Counted from the first letter of the stretch, positions 16,751 to 26,816 are shown. The stretch is 64,000 bases of DNA from an uncultured Actinomycetota bacterium (GCA_963718235.1 CAVQYR010000001.1:2176001-2240000); one strand, 5' to 3'. A program made the numbers and translations. Notes: generated by a model from the letters alone, not told the origin.

Positions 16751-19700
16751 CCCTGGACTCTTGCACTGACCAGTGCGTCGTCGAAGTGGGCGATCGCGGT
16801 GGCAGCGTCACCCCTGTCGGCGGCCGCCAAGCCGTCCCGCAGCGGCTGCGCGATCGAGTCGGGCAGTCGCTGCTGCTGCTCGCTGAGCATCATCTGCACC
16901 CAGCGTTGCGCATCCGGCAGATCCCGACGCTTGGCTGCGACTCCCAGCAGCGGGAAGCAGGCCAGCCAGTCGACCGGGTACCGGTTCGGCAGGCTGCTCC
17001 ACAGGTCCAGCGCGCGTACCGCCTCGCGCTTCACCGCAGCCTCGTCACCTGAGCGCGATGCCAGCCAGGCCCTAGTCGCAGCCGCCATAGCGTCGTACTC
17101 AGGCAGCTCAGCCTCGACCGCCGCCTCGTGCACCGGTTCCACGAGGTCTGCCGACTCCGAAGCATCCCCGCGCAGCCGGGCGGTCAGCATCAGGTAGGTG
17201 AGCGCCCGAGCCCGCAGCAGCGTGGAGCCGAGGTGTTCGGCAGCCGCCAGACTCTCCCGGAGCAGCGGCTGCGCCTCGGCGAGGTCACGGTGCCACATCA
17301 ACGTGAACCCGTGCTGGAACAGCGCCCAGGCCCGCGCCTCCTCATCCGGCGTGTCATGCTCTGCCTCGAACAGCTCGCCGTCGAACCGGGCCAGGTCGTC
17401 GGAGATGACATACTTGTCCCGCCGCCACAGTGCTGCTCGAACCGAGCCGTAGTACGCGATCCGCTGCTGGCGGTTGGCCCGAGCCGCGACGATCGGCTCG
17501 ACCCGCGCGAGCAGGTCCGAGTACTGCTCGTGGTCGGCCAGCCAGTAGTGGACCGATCCACGCGCGAGCATGACGTCCAGCCACGCGGCGAAGGCTTCCT
17601 CGCCCTCCGGGGGGCCCGCGACGGCCGCCTCGGCCCGGTCCAGCTCCGCCAGCGCTTCGTCGTAGCGGTGCGCATCCATGAGGGTCTGTCCGATCAGTGC
17701 CCGGATCCTGGCCCGCCCCAGGTGGTTCTCCGCCTCGATCAGGGCGAGCTGGCCCCGAAACGCGTGGACCGCTGCGTCGTACCTGGCCAGGGCGCGTTCG
17801 GCGGCTGCCTGGATCCCGAGCAGCTGGGTCGCCGCTCGTCGGTCGGAGTCGGCAAGCTCAGGGGAGGATCGGTCAATCAGGGCGAGTGCTTCACGGGCTA
17901 GCGTGGCGGCCTCTTCGTTGGCGAACGTCGCTGCGGCGTCCTGCGCCGCGGTTCGTAGGTACCCGATCGCCCGCTCGGGGTCACCGCCCTCCGCCAGGTG
18001 ATGCCCCAGCGTGGCAGCGATCTCGTCCTGGCGCCCCTGGTACCTGGCCTCCAGCGCGGCAGCAGCGCGGGCGTGCAGGGAACGACGCTGACGGCGCAGC
18101 AGACTGCCGTAGCTGGCCTCCTGCACCAGCGCGTGACGGAAGCGGAACGTGTCACTGCCGTCCTCCGCATCAGCCGAGCAGACGAAGTCGGCCCGCTTGA
18201 GCTCGTCGAGCTCGGCGGAGGCGTCGAATCCGGTCAGTACCGAGACCAGGCGCGCGTCGAACGACGACCCGAGCACGGATGCCGCCAGCAGGGTCTGGTG
18301 CTCCTGCTCGCCCAGCCGGTCGATCCGGGCGATCAACGCCCGCTCCACGGTCGGCTCCAGCTGCAGGTCTGGCGCACCGACGAAGTGCAACCTGCCCTGA
18401 GCCCGTTCGAGCGCGCCCGTCGTGGCCAGTGCCCTGGCCTGCTCCTCGACGAAGAAGGGGTTGCCGTCGGTGGTGTCCAGCAAACGCTCCTCCAGCGACC
18501 GTGGCAGGTCCGCGCCACCGAGCAACGCGCGCAGCAGCTTGCGATCGTCGTCCCGGGTCATCGGTGCGAGACTGACGCACACCATCCGATCGCCACCGAC
18601 CTCGCCGATTCGCTCCAGGCTCGCCAGTGCCGCCGGCTCCGGGCGCACGGTGACCATCAGGAGCAGCGGGCACTCGACAGCGAGTCCCACGACCCGTTCG
18701 GTGAGCAGCAGCGACGTCGGGTCGCTCCACTGCAGGTCTTCCAGCACCACAGCCAGTGGCTGCTCTGAAGCCAGCGCACGCAGCAGGGCCTGCATCGAAG
18801 AGAACACCCGCTCCTGCACCGCCTCGGCACCGGTCCCTTCGACCGCCGCACCGCTGAGGACTGACATCAGGTTTCGCAACGGCTCTGCCTGGCCCGCGGG
18901 CAAGGTTGCCGCCCGCTCCTCGACCACCCGCAGTACGGACTCCCGTCCGGCGTTCAGCGGGACACCGAGCCAGGACAGGACCAGGTTGCGGTAGAGCAGG
19001 TAGGGCACCGATGTGGCGAACGACGACCCACCCGTTTCCAACCACCGGGCGCTGACGCCCCTGGCGAACACGCGCCGAGCCTCCTCGACCAGCCGGCTCT
19101 TGCCGACGCCGGCATCACCGATGAAGGCGACGACCGAGCCATCGCCGTCCCGTAGCCGTTCGATGGCGGAGCCGATCACCTGCATCTCCGTCGATCGGGC
19201 GACGAGGGGCACCTCGTCGAACACCGGTGGCAGGTGTCGGTGAGGCGAGTAAGCACGCACCACCGACGCCACGACCGGCAGGTGCTTTCCCTTCGCGGCG
19301 AACGTCTGCGGTGCGTCCCACACGAAACGGCTCTCGACCATCGCCCGGGTTGCGGTCCCCACCAGCACCTGGCCGGGGTCAGCCTGGCTCTGCAGCCGGG
19401 CCGCAGTGTTCAGGACGTCTCCGGTTGCCCCGTACTCGACCCGCGACCCACCCCCGAGCTGGCCCAGGACCGCCCGTCCGGTCTCGATGCCGACGCGCAC
19501 GCTGAACCCTTCGAGACCCCACCGACCAGCCAGCTCGGCTCCGTAGTCGGCGATCGCGTTAGTGATTCCGAGGCCGCACAGGATGGCCCGCTCGGCGTCG
19601 TCCTCGTGGGCGACCGGGGCACCGAACAGCGCCAGCACACCGTCACCGGCCAGGTCCTTGACCGTCCCGCCCAGCGCATCCACCTGGGCGATGACCAGCC

Positions 19701-19881
19701 GGATCGCACCGCCGAGGATGTCGCGGGCGTCCTCGAGGTCCAGGCGCTCGGTCAGCGCCGTCGAGCCGACGATGTCGGCGAACACCGCGGTGACGATCCG
19801 CCGTTCCTCACGCATCTCCCCCACCCAGGCATCGACCGGGGCTCCCGGTGAGCCGGGCGCCACCCCCGAAAGGTGGGTCAT
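16741..19881 (-). CDS. Class III nucleotidyl cyclase + STAND AAA ATPase + TPR-like protein
   Basis: VFADIVGST, DLAGDG and GDVLNTAARLQ; Walker A GDAGVGKS; LEDLQWSD; DGNPFF; FRFRHALVQE. Confidence 0.9.
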   Translation of the reverse strand: MTHLSGVAPGSPGAPVDAWVGEMREERRIVTAVFADIVGSTALTERLDLEDARDILGGAIRLVIAQVDALGGTVKDLAGDGVLALFGAPVAHEDDAERAILCGLGITNAIADYGAELAGRWGLEGFSVRVGIETGRAVLGQLGGGSRVEYGATGDVLNTAARLQSQADPGQVLVGTATRAMVESRFVWDAPQTFAAKGKHLPVVASVVRAYSPHRHLPPVFDEVPLVARSTEMQVIGSAIERLRDGDGSVVAFIGDAGVGKSRLVEEARRVFARGVSARWLETGGSSFATSVPYLLYRNLVLSWLGVPLNAGRESVLRVVEERAATLPAGQAEPLRNLMSVLSGAAVEGTGAEAVQERVFSSMQALLRALASEQPLAVVLEDLQWSDPTSLLLTERVVGLAVECPLLLMVTVRPEPAALASLERIGEVGGDRMVCVSLAPMTRDDDRKLLRALLGGADLPRSLEERLLDTTDGNPFFVEEQARALATTGALERAQGRLHFVGAPDLQLEPTVERALIARIDRLGEQEHQTLLAASVLGSSFDARLVSVLTGFDASAELDELKRADFVCSADAEDGSDTFRFRHALVQEASYGSLLRRQRRSLHARAAAALEARYQGRQDEIAATLGHHLAEGGDPERAIGYLRTAAQDAAATFANEEAATLAREALALIDRSSPELADSDRRAATQLLGIQAAAERALARYDAAVHAFRGQLALIEAENHLGRARIRALIGQTLMDAHRYDEALAELDRAEAAVAGPPEGEEAFAAWLDVMLARGSVHYWLADHEQYSDLLARVEPIVAARANRQQRIAYYGSVRAALWRRDKYVISDDLARFDGELFEAEHDTPDEEARAWALFQHGFTLMWHRDLAEAQPLLRESLAAAEHLGSTLLRARALTYLMLTARLRGDASESADLVEPVHEAAVEAELPEYDAMAAATRAWLASRSGDEAAVKREAVRALDLWSSLPNRYPVDWLACFPLLGVAAKRRDLPDAQRWVQMMLSEQQQRLPDSIAQPLRDGLAAADRGDAATAIAHFDDALVSARVQGYL

Positions 19882-19885
19882 CGAG

Positions 19886-20272
19886 TCAGGCGGCCGGCAG
19901 GTAGAACTCGAACGGGATCCCGTCCGGGTCGCGGAAGTTCAGGTGCAGCCCGAACGGCGACTCCACGATGCCGGAGTTCGTGACGCCGAACTCGACCAGC
20001 CTGGTCAGCCAGCCGTCCAGCTCCGCGCGGTCGGCGCAGACGAAGGCCACGTGGTCGAGCCCGACCCGGGCCTGGGTGAAGTCCTCCTGGACCACGTCTG
20101 GGTCCTGACGCAGGTCGAGGGCCTGCCCGGCCGTGGTCAGGTAGACCTTCATCGGTGCTGGTTCGTCGAACTCGGCGGCCAGTGTCAGCTCGAACAGCTC
20201 GGTGTACCACTCAGCACTCTTGTCGATGTCTCGAACACTGAGTGCCACGTGCTGCAGCAGCGGAGCAGGCAT
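19886..20272 (-). CDS. VOC family protein
   Basis: LQHVALSVRDIDKSAEWY...GLDHVAF...FRDPDGIPFEF. Confidence 0.92.
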   Translation of the reverse strand: MPAPLLQHVALSVRDIDKSAEWYTELFELTLAAEFDEPAPMKVYLTTAGQALDLRQDPDVVQEDFTQARVGLDHVAFVCADRAELDGWLTRLVEFGVTNSGIVESPFGLHLNFRDPDGIPFEFYLPAA

Positions 20273-20460
20273 GTCCCCTCCCAAAGCCCAGGGCGCCCCG
20301 TGTCGACATCACTCGCGCACAGGCACCATCGGAGGCGGGTTCCTCCCACGTCCAGGATCCAGCCCCGTGGGACTACCGGCCAGGGCCATTCGGTCCGGAG
20401 TCCGGGACGGACATCCGCTGTGGTCGTCCCGACGCTGATGCCCCGGCCGATTGGCTGCGA

Positions 20461-21939
20461 CTAACCGGCGGCGACACCGACGTCGTTCTGGGCCAGCGAG
20501 TGTCGGTCGGCGTTGATGAAGAACGCCGACGCGATGGCTGCCAAGGCAAGGACCCCCGCAGACACCGCGAACGCCACAGCGAAGCCGTGCACGACCCCTG
20601 CCTGAGTGGCTTCGACGCCGTTCGCCGTGATGTATGCGGCCGTAGCCGAAGCCGCGATAGTGTTCATCACCGCGATACCGAGCGAGCCCCCGATCTGCTG
20701 CGTGGTGTTGAGCAAGCCTGATGCAACACCGGCGTCGTGGGGTGACACCCCGAACAGGGCAGTGGCAGACAACGAGACGAACACGAACCCGAGGCCCATG
20801 CTCATCAGGATCTCGGCCGGCAGAACATGGACGAGGTACTGCGGGGTCGTGTCGAGCTGGGTGAGCCACAGCATGCCCAGCGTCGCCGCCACCAGGCCAC
20901 CGGTGGACAGCGGTCGCGGACCCACCCTGGGAAGCAGCTGGCTGGCCAGGCCCGCGCTGATGATGATGCCGATGGAGAACGGCAGGAACGCGAATCCCGA
21001 CTTCAAGGCGGAGTAGCCGAGCACACCTTGGAAGTAGTAGCTCAGCAGCAAGAACATGGCGAACAGGCCACCGGCGGTCAAGAACATGGTGAGGAAGGCG
21101 CCGCCCCGGTTGCGGTCCTCCACCACCCGTGTTGGCAGGAGCGGGTTGCGGGTGTGGGTCTCGATGACCCGGAACGCCACGAGCAGCACCACGGCAACGG
21201 CGAACAGGCCCAGGGTGAGCGGATCGGTCCAGCCGTCCTCGCCCGCCTTGGTGATCCCGTAGACCAAGGTGACCAGCCCGAGTGTCGCGGTGACCGCACC
21301 GGGGATGTCGTAGCTGGTGTCGCCGTGCGCCCGGCTCTCCCGGACGAAGGGGATCGCGAGCGCCACGGTGATCAGCGCGAAGGGAACGTTGACGAGCAGG
21401 CACCAGCGCCACGACGCGTACTCGGTCAGGATGCCACCGACGATCAGGCCAATCGCCGCACCACCGCCGGAAATGGCACCGTAGACACCGAACGCTCTCG
21501 CTCGCTCCTTGCTCTCAGTGAACGTGACGGTGATCAGGGACAGTGCTGCGGGGGCGAGCAGCGCGGCGAACACGCCCTGGAGGGCTCGGGCACCGAACAG
21601 CTGCCCGGCGTTCGCAGCGAGGCCACCCAACGCCGATGCGCCGGCGAAACCGATGAGACCGACCATGAACGTGCGCTTGCGTCCCCAGTAGTCCGCGATT
21701 CGACCACCGAGCAGCAGCAAGCCGCCGAATGCCAGCGTGTAGGCGGTCACGACCCACTGACGGTCGGTGTCGCTGATCCCCAGGTCCGCCTGCGCGGATG
21801 GAAGCGCGATGTTCACGATCGAGGCATCCAGGATCACCATGAGCTGCGCCATGGCGATCACCACGAGGGCACGCCAACGCTTGGGGTCTTGTGCCTCTGC
21901 GGAGACTGGCGGACTTGTGTCGGGCTGGGATGAGGACAC
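20461..21939 (-). CDS. DHA2/EmrB-QacA type 14-TM MFS efflux transporter
   Basis: LDASIVNIALPS, GGRIADYWGRKR and WRWCLLVNVP motifs. Confidence 0.92.
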   Translation of the reverse strand: MSSSQPDTSPPVSAEAQDPKRWRALVVIAMAQLMVILDASIVNIALPSAQADLGISDTDRQWVVTAYTLAFGGLLLLGGRIADYWGRKRTFMVGLIGFAGASALGGLAANAGQLFGARALQGVFAALLAPAALSLITVTFTESKERARAFGVYGAISGGGAAIGLIVGGILTEYASWRWCLLVNVPFALITVALAIPFVRESRAHGDTSYDIPGAVTATLGLVTLVYGITKAGEDGWTDPLTLGLFAVAVVLLVAFRVIETHTRNPLLPTRVVEDRNRGGAFLTMFLTAGGLFAMFLLLSYYFQGVLGYSALKSGFAFLPFSIGIIISAGLASQLLPRVGPRPLSTGGLVAATLGMLWLTQLDTTPQYLVHVLPAEILMSMGLGFVFVSLSATALFGVSPHDAGVASGLLNTTQQIGGSLGIAVMNTIAASATAAYITANGVEATQAGVVHGFAVAFAVSAGVLALAAIASAFFINADRHSLAQNDVGVAAG

Positions 21940-22171
21940 GGCAGAGGTCTCCTGGCGGTAGGGCGGTGAACAGGACAAGTAGGGTTGCGTCTATTCCCCG
22001 AGCCCAACCATGCCCGGGACCACTGACATTCCCCGATATCGACGCCGATTTCGGCTCGTCGTGGCTGCGTGAGTCCTCAACGAGCGTCGGGGCGGTACTC
22101 GGGGGCTCCTTCGCCAGCCCGATTGGGGACGAATCGCCCACGCGCCATCCCGGGCGATGGCCGACGGCCGG

Positions 22172-22480
22172 TCAGACGTCGGGGTAGTACCGGTAGGCCA
22201 GCGTGCCCGGGACGTGGTCGCCGCCCATGGGGCAGGAGCGGTACCAGCGAACGCCTCCCGTGACGAGGACCGACCCACCTGCCGCCGGGTCACCGCGAGC
22301 CACGCGCCTCCATCCCTCAGCCTGGTCCACGACACCCAGCGGTGCCGGTAGGGGCGCCAGAGGTAGCCGACCGTCCTGGCGCCGCTCGGTGTGCAGCCGG
22401 CGCGCGAGGTGATCACCATCGGCTGCCCGTGGACGCCGACGATGCCCTGGGCGGATGGGCGCGGGAAGGTGGGTATAGCC
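22172..22480 (-). pseudogene. Possible gene remnant (C-terminal fragment)
   Basis: Coding-like codon bias switches frame near 22250 and ends ...RWYRSCPMGGDHVPGTLAYRYYPDV*; no convincing start. Confidence 0.3.
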
Positions 22481-22532
22481 GATTTCCGGCCGGGCGCTGT
22501 CGGCCGTTCTGCACCGACCTTTCGCGTCGGCA

Positions 22533-24176
22533 TCAGCCAGCACTTGTGCTGGCCGAGACCACACTCTGGCCCGAGGACGACGGCCGGTGACGGCGTTGTC
22601 GACGTCGCAAGAGCAGGCCGATCGTCAGGAGCATGACTCCCGGAATGCAGAAGACGGCCAGTGCGATCAGACCCGCCGTCGTGTCGACCCAGGTCATGGG
22701 CTTGCCTTGCGAGCTGATCACGACCTGGACCGTCTGCCGCGGCTGCCAGTCGCCGAGACACCGCGTCGTCCATGACGACGAACCATCAGCGCTGTCGACG
22801 AGGACGCACTGGTCGCCGACGCGGTTCTCCACGACGGCAGCCACCTGCCGGCCCGTCGCCAGCTGGTACACCAGCAGCGGCGTGCCGACGACGAGGAAGA
22901 GCGCGGGCAGCGCCACCAGCAGGGCGCCCAGGATCAGGAGCACGCGCACCGCCACGCTCGACCGCGGCCGGGGGGCAGGGGGTGTCACCGACGGCTCGGC
23001 GAAGCCGGCGAACTCGCCGGGAACCGGTGCGGCAGCCACGCTCACCTGGGGTGCTGCAATCGAGCTCCCAGGCTCAGGTGCACGGTGCAGGCCCGCTGGC
23101 GGGCTGTCGCTCAGCGCCACCGCCTCGCTGGTGCTGACCCGCCCGAGCTTCCACGGCCGCAGGGCTTCGTAGGCTACGTCGACCGGGATGCTCGCGCTGG
23201 CTAACCAGGCGTCCAGGATGTCGTACCGGCTCAAGGCCTTCTGCGCGATCGAGCTGCGGAAGGGCTGGAACCAGCCACCCTCGGTCTGCGAGAACACACC
23301 AAGCCGGATCCGCTCACCGGAGGTCAGCACCAGGGCAGGCACGAGGGTCCAGTACTGCCCGCTCTTGGTCGTCGTCTCGGACGCCTCGGCCGTGACGTGG
23401 TCGACGTCGGACCAGGCGTAGTGACCGGTGGTGAGGAACCCGCGGACGGTCAGCCCCTCACGTGACCAACGGACCGATCGCAGGCAGATCCGCACGACGA
23501 GGGCACCGGCAGCTGCGACCACGACGGCGTCGATGAGCGTCCTGCCGGCCAGACCCAGCCCTACGCGCTGAGCCATCGGGTCGAGCAGGACGGCGACGCC
23601 GAATGCCACGAAGGCGCCGACGACGCTGTAGATCACCCGCTCCCCCAGGACTCCGAAGGCCTTCGGTACTCCCGCGGGGAGCGGCGCTGCCAGAGCCCAG
23701 CGGTCACGGGGAACTGGCTGATCGTCGTCGCCGACCAGCGGCTGGGGAAGGGAGATCGGTGCTGCCGCGGCGCGCTCATGACGCCTGCTGTCGCTGCGCC
23801 GACGCCCAACCGTGCCCAGGGAGACAGCACCGACGGCGGCGAGGGCCAGCCACAGCCACAACAGCCCGGCGTCGAGCCCGGTCTCCAGCGGCCGGTGTGT
23901 CAACCCCCCGACGGAAATCGTCGCCGTCCAATCCACTCCCGTGCCCGCCGGGCAGGGCGCGGACATGACCAGTTCGGGGTCAACCTGGCTCTGGACCGTG
24001 CAGGTCGTGCCGTTCACGGCGGTGACAACCACCGGCTGGTCGGAGCCCCAACGGCGGTCCAGCGTGCGCACCCCCCACGCCAGCCCGGCGAGGACGAGCG
24101 CGATGACCCCGAGAATCACCAGGGCTCGGCTGGAGATTCCGCGGACGAACCGTGCCGGGCGAGTCGTGGTGGACAT
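22533..24176 (-). CDS. Multi-TM hypothetical membrane protein with bacterial PH-like domain
   Basis: Several TM helices; GLTVRGFLTTGHYAWSDV bPH-like motif; two Cys-pair extracytoplasmic loops. Confidence 0.65.
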   Translation of the reverse strand: MSTTTRPARFVRGISSRALVILGVIALVLAGLAWGVRTLDRRWGSDQPVVVTAVNGTTCTVQSQVDPELVMSAPCPAGTGVDWTATISVGGLTHRPLETGLDAGLLWLWLALAAVGAVSLGTVGRRRSDSRRHERAAAAPISLPQPLVGDDDQPVPRDRWALAAPLPAGVPKAFGVLGERVIYSVVGAFVAFGVAVLLDPMAQRVGLGLAGRTLIDAVVVAAAGALVVRICLRSVRWSREGLTVRGFLTTGHYAWSDVDHVTAEASETTTKSGQYWTLVPALVLTSGERIRLGVFSQTEGGWFQPFRSSIAQKALSRYDILDAWLASASIPVDVAYEALRPWKLGRVSTSEAVALSDSPPAGLHRAPEPGSSIAAPQVSVAAAPVPGEFAGFAEPSVTPPAPRPRSSVAVRVLLILGALLVALPALFLVVGTPLLVYQLATGRQVAAVVENRVGDQCVLVDSADGSSSWTTRCLGDWQPRQTVQVVISSQGKPMTWVDTTAGLIALAVFCIPGVMLLTIGLLLRRRQRRHRPSSSGQSVVSASTSAG

Positions 24177-24295
24177 GGCTTCCTCCATCGCCATTTCTCC
24201 AAAGTCAGAGAAGCAGCGGGCGTGCCGTCGAGCCAGAGCCCGAAGTCCCGTGTCCCCCTCCGCGAGTCAAGTCCGCCGGGGTGGCGTACCGGATC

Positions 24296-25234
24296 TCAGA
24301 GGACTTGACCCCAGGTCGTGGACCGCCGCGCGGCCTCGTAGATCACACCGACCTCAGCGTCGTCGAGGACAGCCGGGCGATCGAGGAGCCACCGGCAGAT
24401 CTGCATCCGAGCGACGACCCAGACGTCCGATGGTTGTTCCTTGACGGTGAGCGAGTCCGCATTCACGAGGACGACTACCCCCATGGCCGGGACCGCGTGG
24501 CCCACCGCGTCCGCGAGTAGCTTGGATGCCCGCTGAGCCTCAAAACGACTGTGTCGGACGTAGTGCTGGTGGCGACCGTTGACCAGGAACCGGTCTCCGC
24601 ACACCCACACCCTGGCATCGCGGTGGTGCTTGGCGTTGAGTGTGAAGACTCCACCGGGACCGATCACGAGATGGTCGATGTCCGAGCCGCGGGCGCCGAC
24701 CGGGATCGCGTGGATGGCCCGCCATCGGGGGTCCTTCTTGACCACCTTGGCAAGCTGGGCTGACACCTTCTCCTCGCCGTCTGCCCCGATCCGCCAAGCC
24801 CGCTCCTCGGTGTGGACTCCGAGCAGCCGAGCGGCGAGGGTCCGCATGGGCGCGGCCTCTCGCTCCGCGACCGCCTGAGCGCGGGCGGCCGCACCGGCCC
24901 GGGTCAGGGCAAGGTCGGCCCATCCAGGCTCGTCCGTACGGCTCGGTACGACCTCTGCAGGCGGTCGCGTGACCGAGCTGATCGTCCCTGTCGCCGCCTG
25001 CGGCATCTGTGTCGGCGTGGTCGAGGGCGCCCTCTCGTCAGACGCCGACGCCTCCGACGGCCACAGCGGGTGCTCGCCCAGCGCGGAATGCAGCTGATCG
25101 ACCAACGACGGCGCCGTGACGGTCACACCGCCCGTTCGCAGATCACCCCAGCCGACAGGGTCACCGGCCAGCGTCTTCACGTACAGCCGGTCATGGCCGT
25201 ACTTCGTCCAACGCACAACACTGAGCGACCCCAC
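24296..25234 (-). CDS. NERD nuclease-related domain protein
   Basis: GADGEEKV, DIDHLVIGPGGVFTLNAK NERD motif. Confidence 0.88.
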   Translation of the reverse strand: MGSLSVVRWTKYGHDRLYVKTLAGDPVGWGDLRTGGVTVTAPSLVDQLHSALGEHPLWPSEASASDERAPSTTPTQMPQAATGTISSVTRPPAEVVPSRTDEPGWADLALTRAGAAARAQAVAEREAAPMRTLAARLLGVHTEERAWRIGADGEEKVSAQLAKVVKKDPRWRAIHAIPVGARGSDIDHLVIGPGGVFTLNAKHHRDARVWVCGDRFLVNGRHQHYVRHSRFEAQRASKLLADAVGHAVPAMGVVVLVNADSLTVKEQPSDVWVVARMQICRWLLDRPAVLDDAEVGVIYEAARRSTTWGQVL

Positions 25235-25339
25235 ACCCTGTGATCGGGTTCCGGAACCCGAAGATTGAGCGCTCCGCCGGCGGCATCACAGGCAACCGCT
25301 ACTAGCTTCTCCTGCCTCCAGCTGTGAAGCTGTCTGACC

Positions 25340-25894
25340 GTGGCGGACAGGTACACGCGCTTCGCGCGCTCGGACCTCTCCTCCACGGATATCGCGGAGC
25401 TCGGTCAGGTCGACCAGCTGGCAGATCGGCTGCGCCGCTACCTCGACGAACGAACCAAAGACATCGCGGCCGTCCACGTCTTCGGCGCCCAGAGCCGAGC
25501 GGTCCAGGGCCTCGTTGGCAACCTGCTGCGTGACCAGCTCGGCTTCGGCGAGGAGCGAGTCATCCCCGCTGACGGGGGTCTAGTCACCCAAGCGAGGCCG
25601 GACTTCTTCTACCGTCTCTCGGAGGACAGCGGGATCATCGCCGAAGTCGAGCGTGGCGGCACCACGACGAACAACCACGACCTCAAGGACTTGTGAAAGG
25701 CACACATCTCGCCCGACGCTCGGCACCTGTTTCTCGTCGTGCCGGTGACGAACACCAATGAGGAGGGGCGGGTTCGGGAGCATCCCTTCCGGGCGGTGAG
25801 CCGGCGGATGGCGACCTTCTTCGGGGATCCCCGCCGTGAGGTGGACGTCGTCAGCGTCCACGTCTTCGGCTACGGCGCCAGGGAGAATGCGTAG
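25340..25894 (+). pseudogene. Restriction-endonuclease-fold (PD-(D/E)xK-like) ORF with an in-frame TGA at 25694-25696
   Basis: RPDF...IIAEVERG motif; the frame stays open for 65 sense codons after the TGA (KAHISPDARHLFLVVP...) to TAG at 25894. Confidence 0.6.
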
Positions 25895-25940
25895 GAGTAC
25901 GCGTCCGAGTCGGAAAGCGGCAGGTCAGCGGCGCTGGATC

Positions 25941-26642
25941 TCACCATCGGGCCAGGCCAGGGACGTCGAACCCACCCCACGCGTTGGCCCTCCGGTCCGG
26001 CAGCGGGTAGATGGTCTTCGACCGCACTTTCGTCCAGCCACCACGGTCCCACTGGTAGGTGACCAGCCTGCCCTTGAAGGGGCTCGTGGTGTCACCGACC
26101 CGCTCGGCTGAACGCCGCGTGATCATCCCCGCCGGGTCCACGGCTCGACGCTGCCAGCCGTTGGAGATCCAGACGGCCCGGTCGATCATCCAGTACCGCT
26201 CCCGGCCCGGAGCGTCGAGCGTCCGGAGTCCGTCCCCACGCCAGGTGAGCGCTCGGTAGAGCTGGGCGTGCGCTCCCATCGTCTGACCGACAACGATCTC
26301 GTGGCCCGGCCGCCCGTCCAGCAGGGCTGTTCCCTGCCAGAAGGGTCCGATCCAGAACGCAGCTGACGGTCGGACCGTGACGATGTGGTCGGCACTCGTC
26401 TTGACGCGAACGATGACTCGTCGATTGGCCCCGTGTCCACGACTCGCGAGCCCCACGGCGTCCTTGTGTCCGTCCCCGTCGACGTCGACGTGGGCCTTCA
26501 CGATGCACCCGGCAACACCTGAGCAAACGCCCGGAGCAGCCGTCGCGACCTGAGCCGTCGACGATGTGGGGAGGGGCGCCAGGACCAGCCCTGTCACAGC
26601 GAGCACAGCCAGTGTCGTACGCACGAACACCTCCCCTGCCAT
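25941..26642 (-). CDS. Secreted hypothetical protein with DxDxDG motif
   Basis: Signal peptide-like N-terminus; DVDGDGHKD and LDGRPGHE. Confidence 0.7.
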   Translation of the reverse strand: MAGEVFVRTTLAVLAVTGLVLAPLPTSSTAQVATAAPGVCSGVAGCIVKAHVDVDGDGHKDAVGLASRGHGANRRVIVRVKTSADHIVTVRPSAAFWIGPFWQGTALLDGRPGHEIVVGQTMGAHAQLYRALTWRGDGLRTLDAPGRERYWMIDRAVWISNGWQRRAVDPAGMITRRSAERVGDTTSPFKGRLVTYQWDRGGWTKVRSKTIYPLPDRRANAWGGFDVPGLARW

Positions 26643-26763
26643 TCCCAGTCAAGCGCGTGCTCGTGGCCCGGGCCAGGGTCCCTCGTCACGAGTCCCTCGC
26701 AACACTCAGCCCAACTGATCAAGGCAACCGTAGCGATCGGATCTCACAATCCAGTGGAAGCGC

Positions 26764-26794
26764 GAGGGGCTGGCGTCTGGCACGCCAGCCCCTC
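26764..26794 (-). terminator. Hairpin downstream of nrdJ
   Basis: Perfect 13-bp stem GAGGGGCTGGCGT / ACGCCAGCCCCTC with a 5-nt loop. Confidence 0.7.
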
Positions 26795-26816
26795 CTCACC
26801 CAGTCCGAGGGATGCC

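Noticed and set aside
25694-25696. Selenocysteine recoding of the in-frame TGA
   Set aside because: No redox motif context and no evident SECIS; a Trp codon mutation is more parsimonious.
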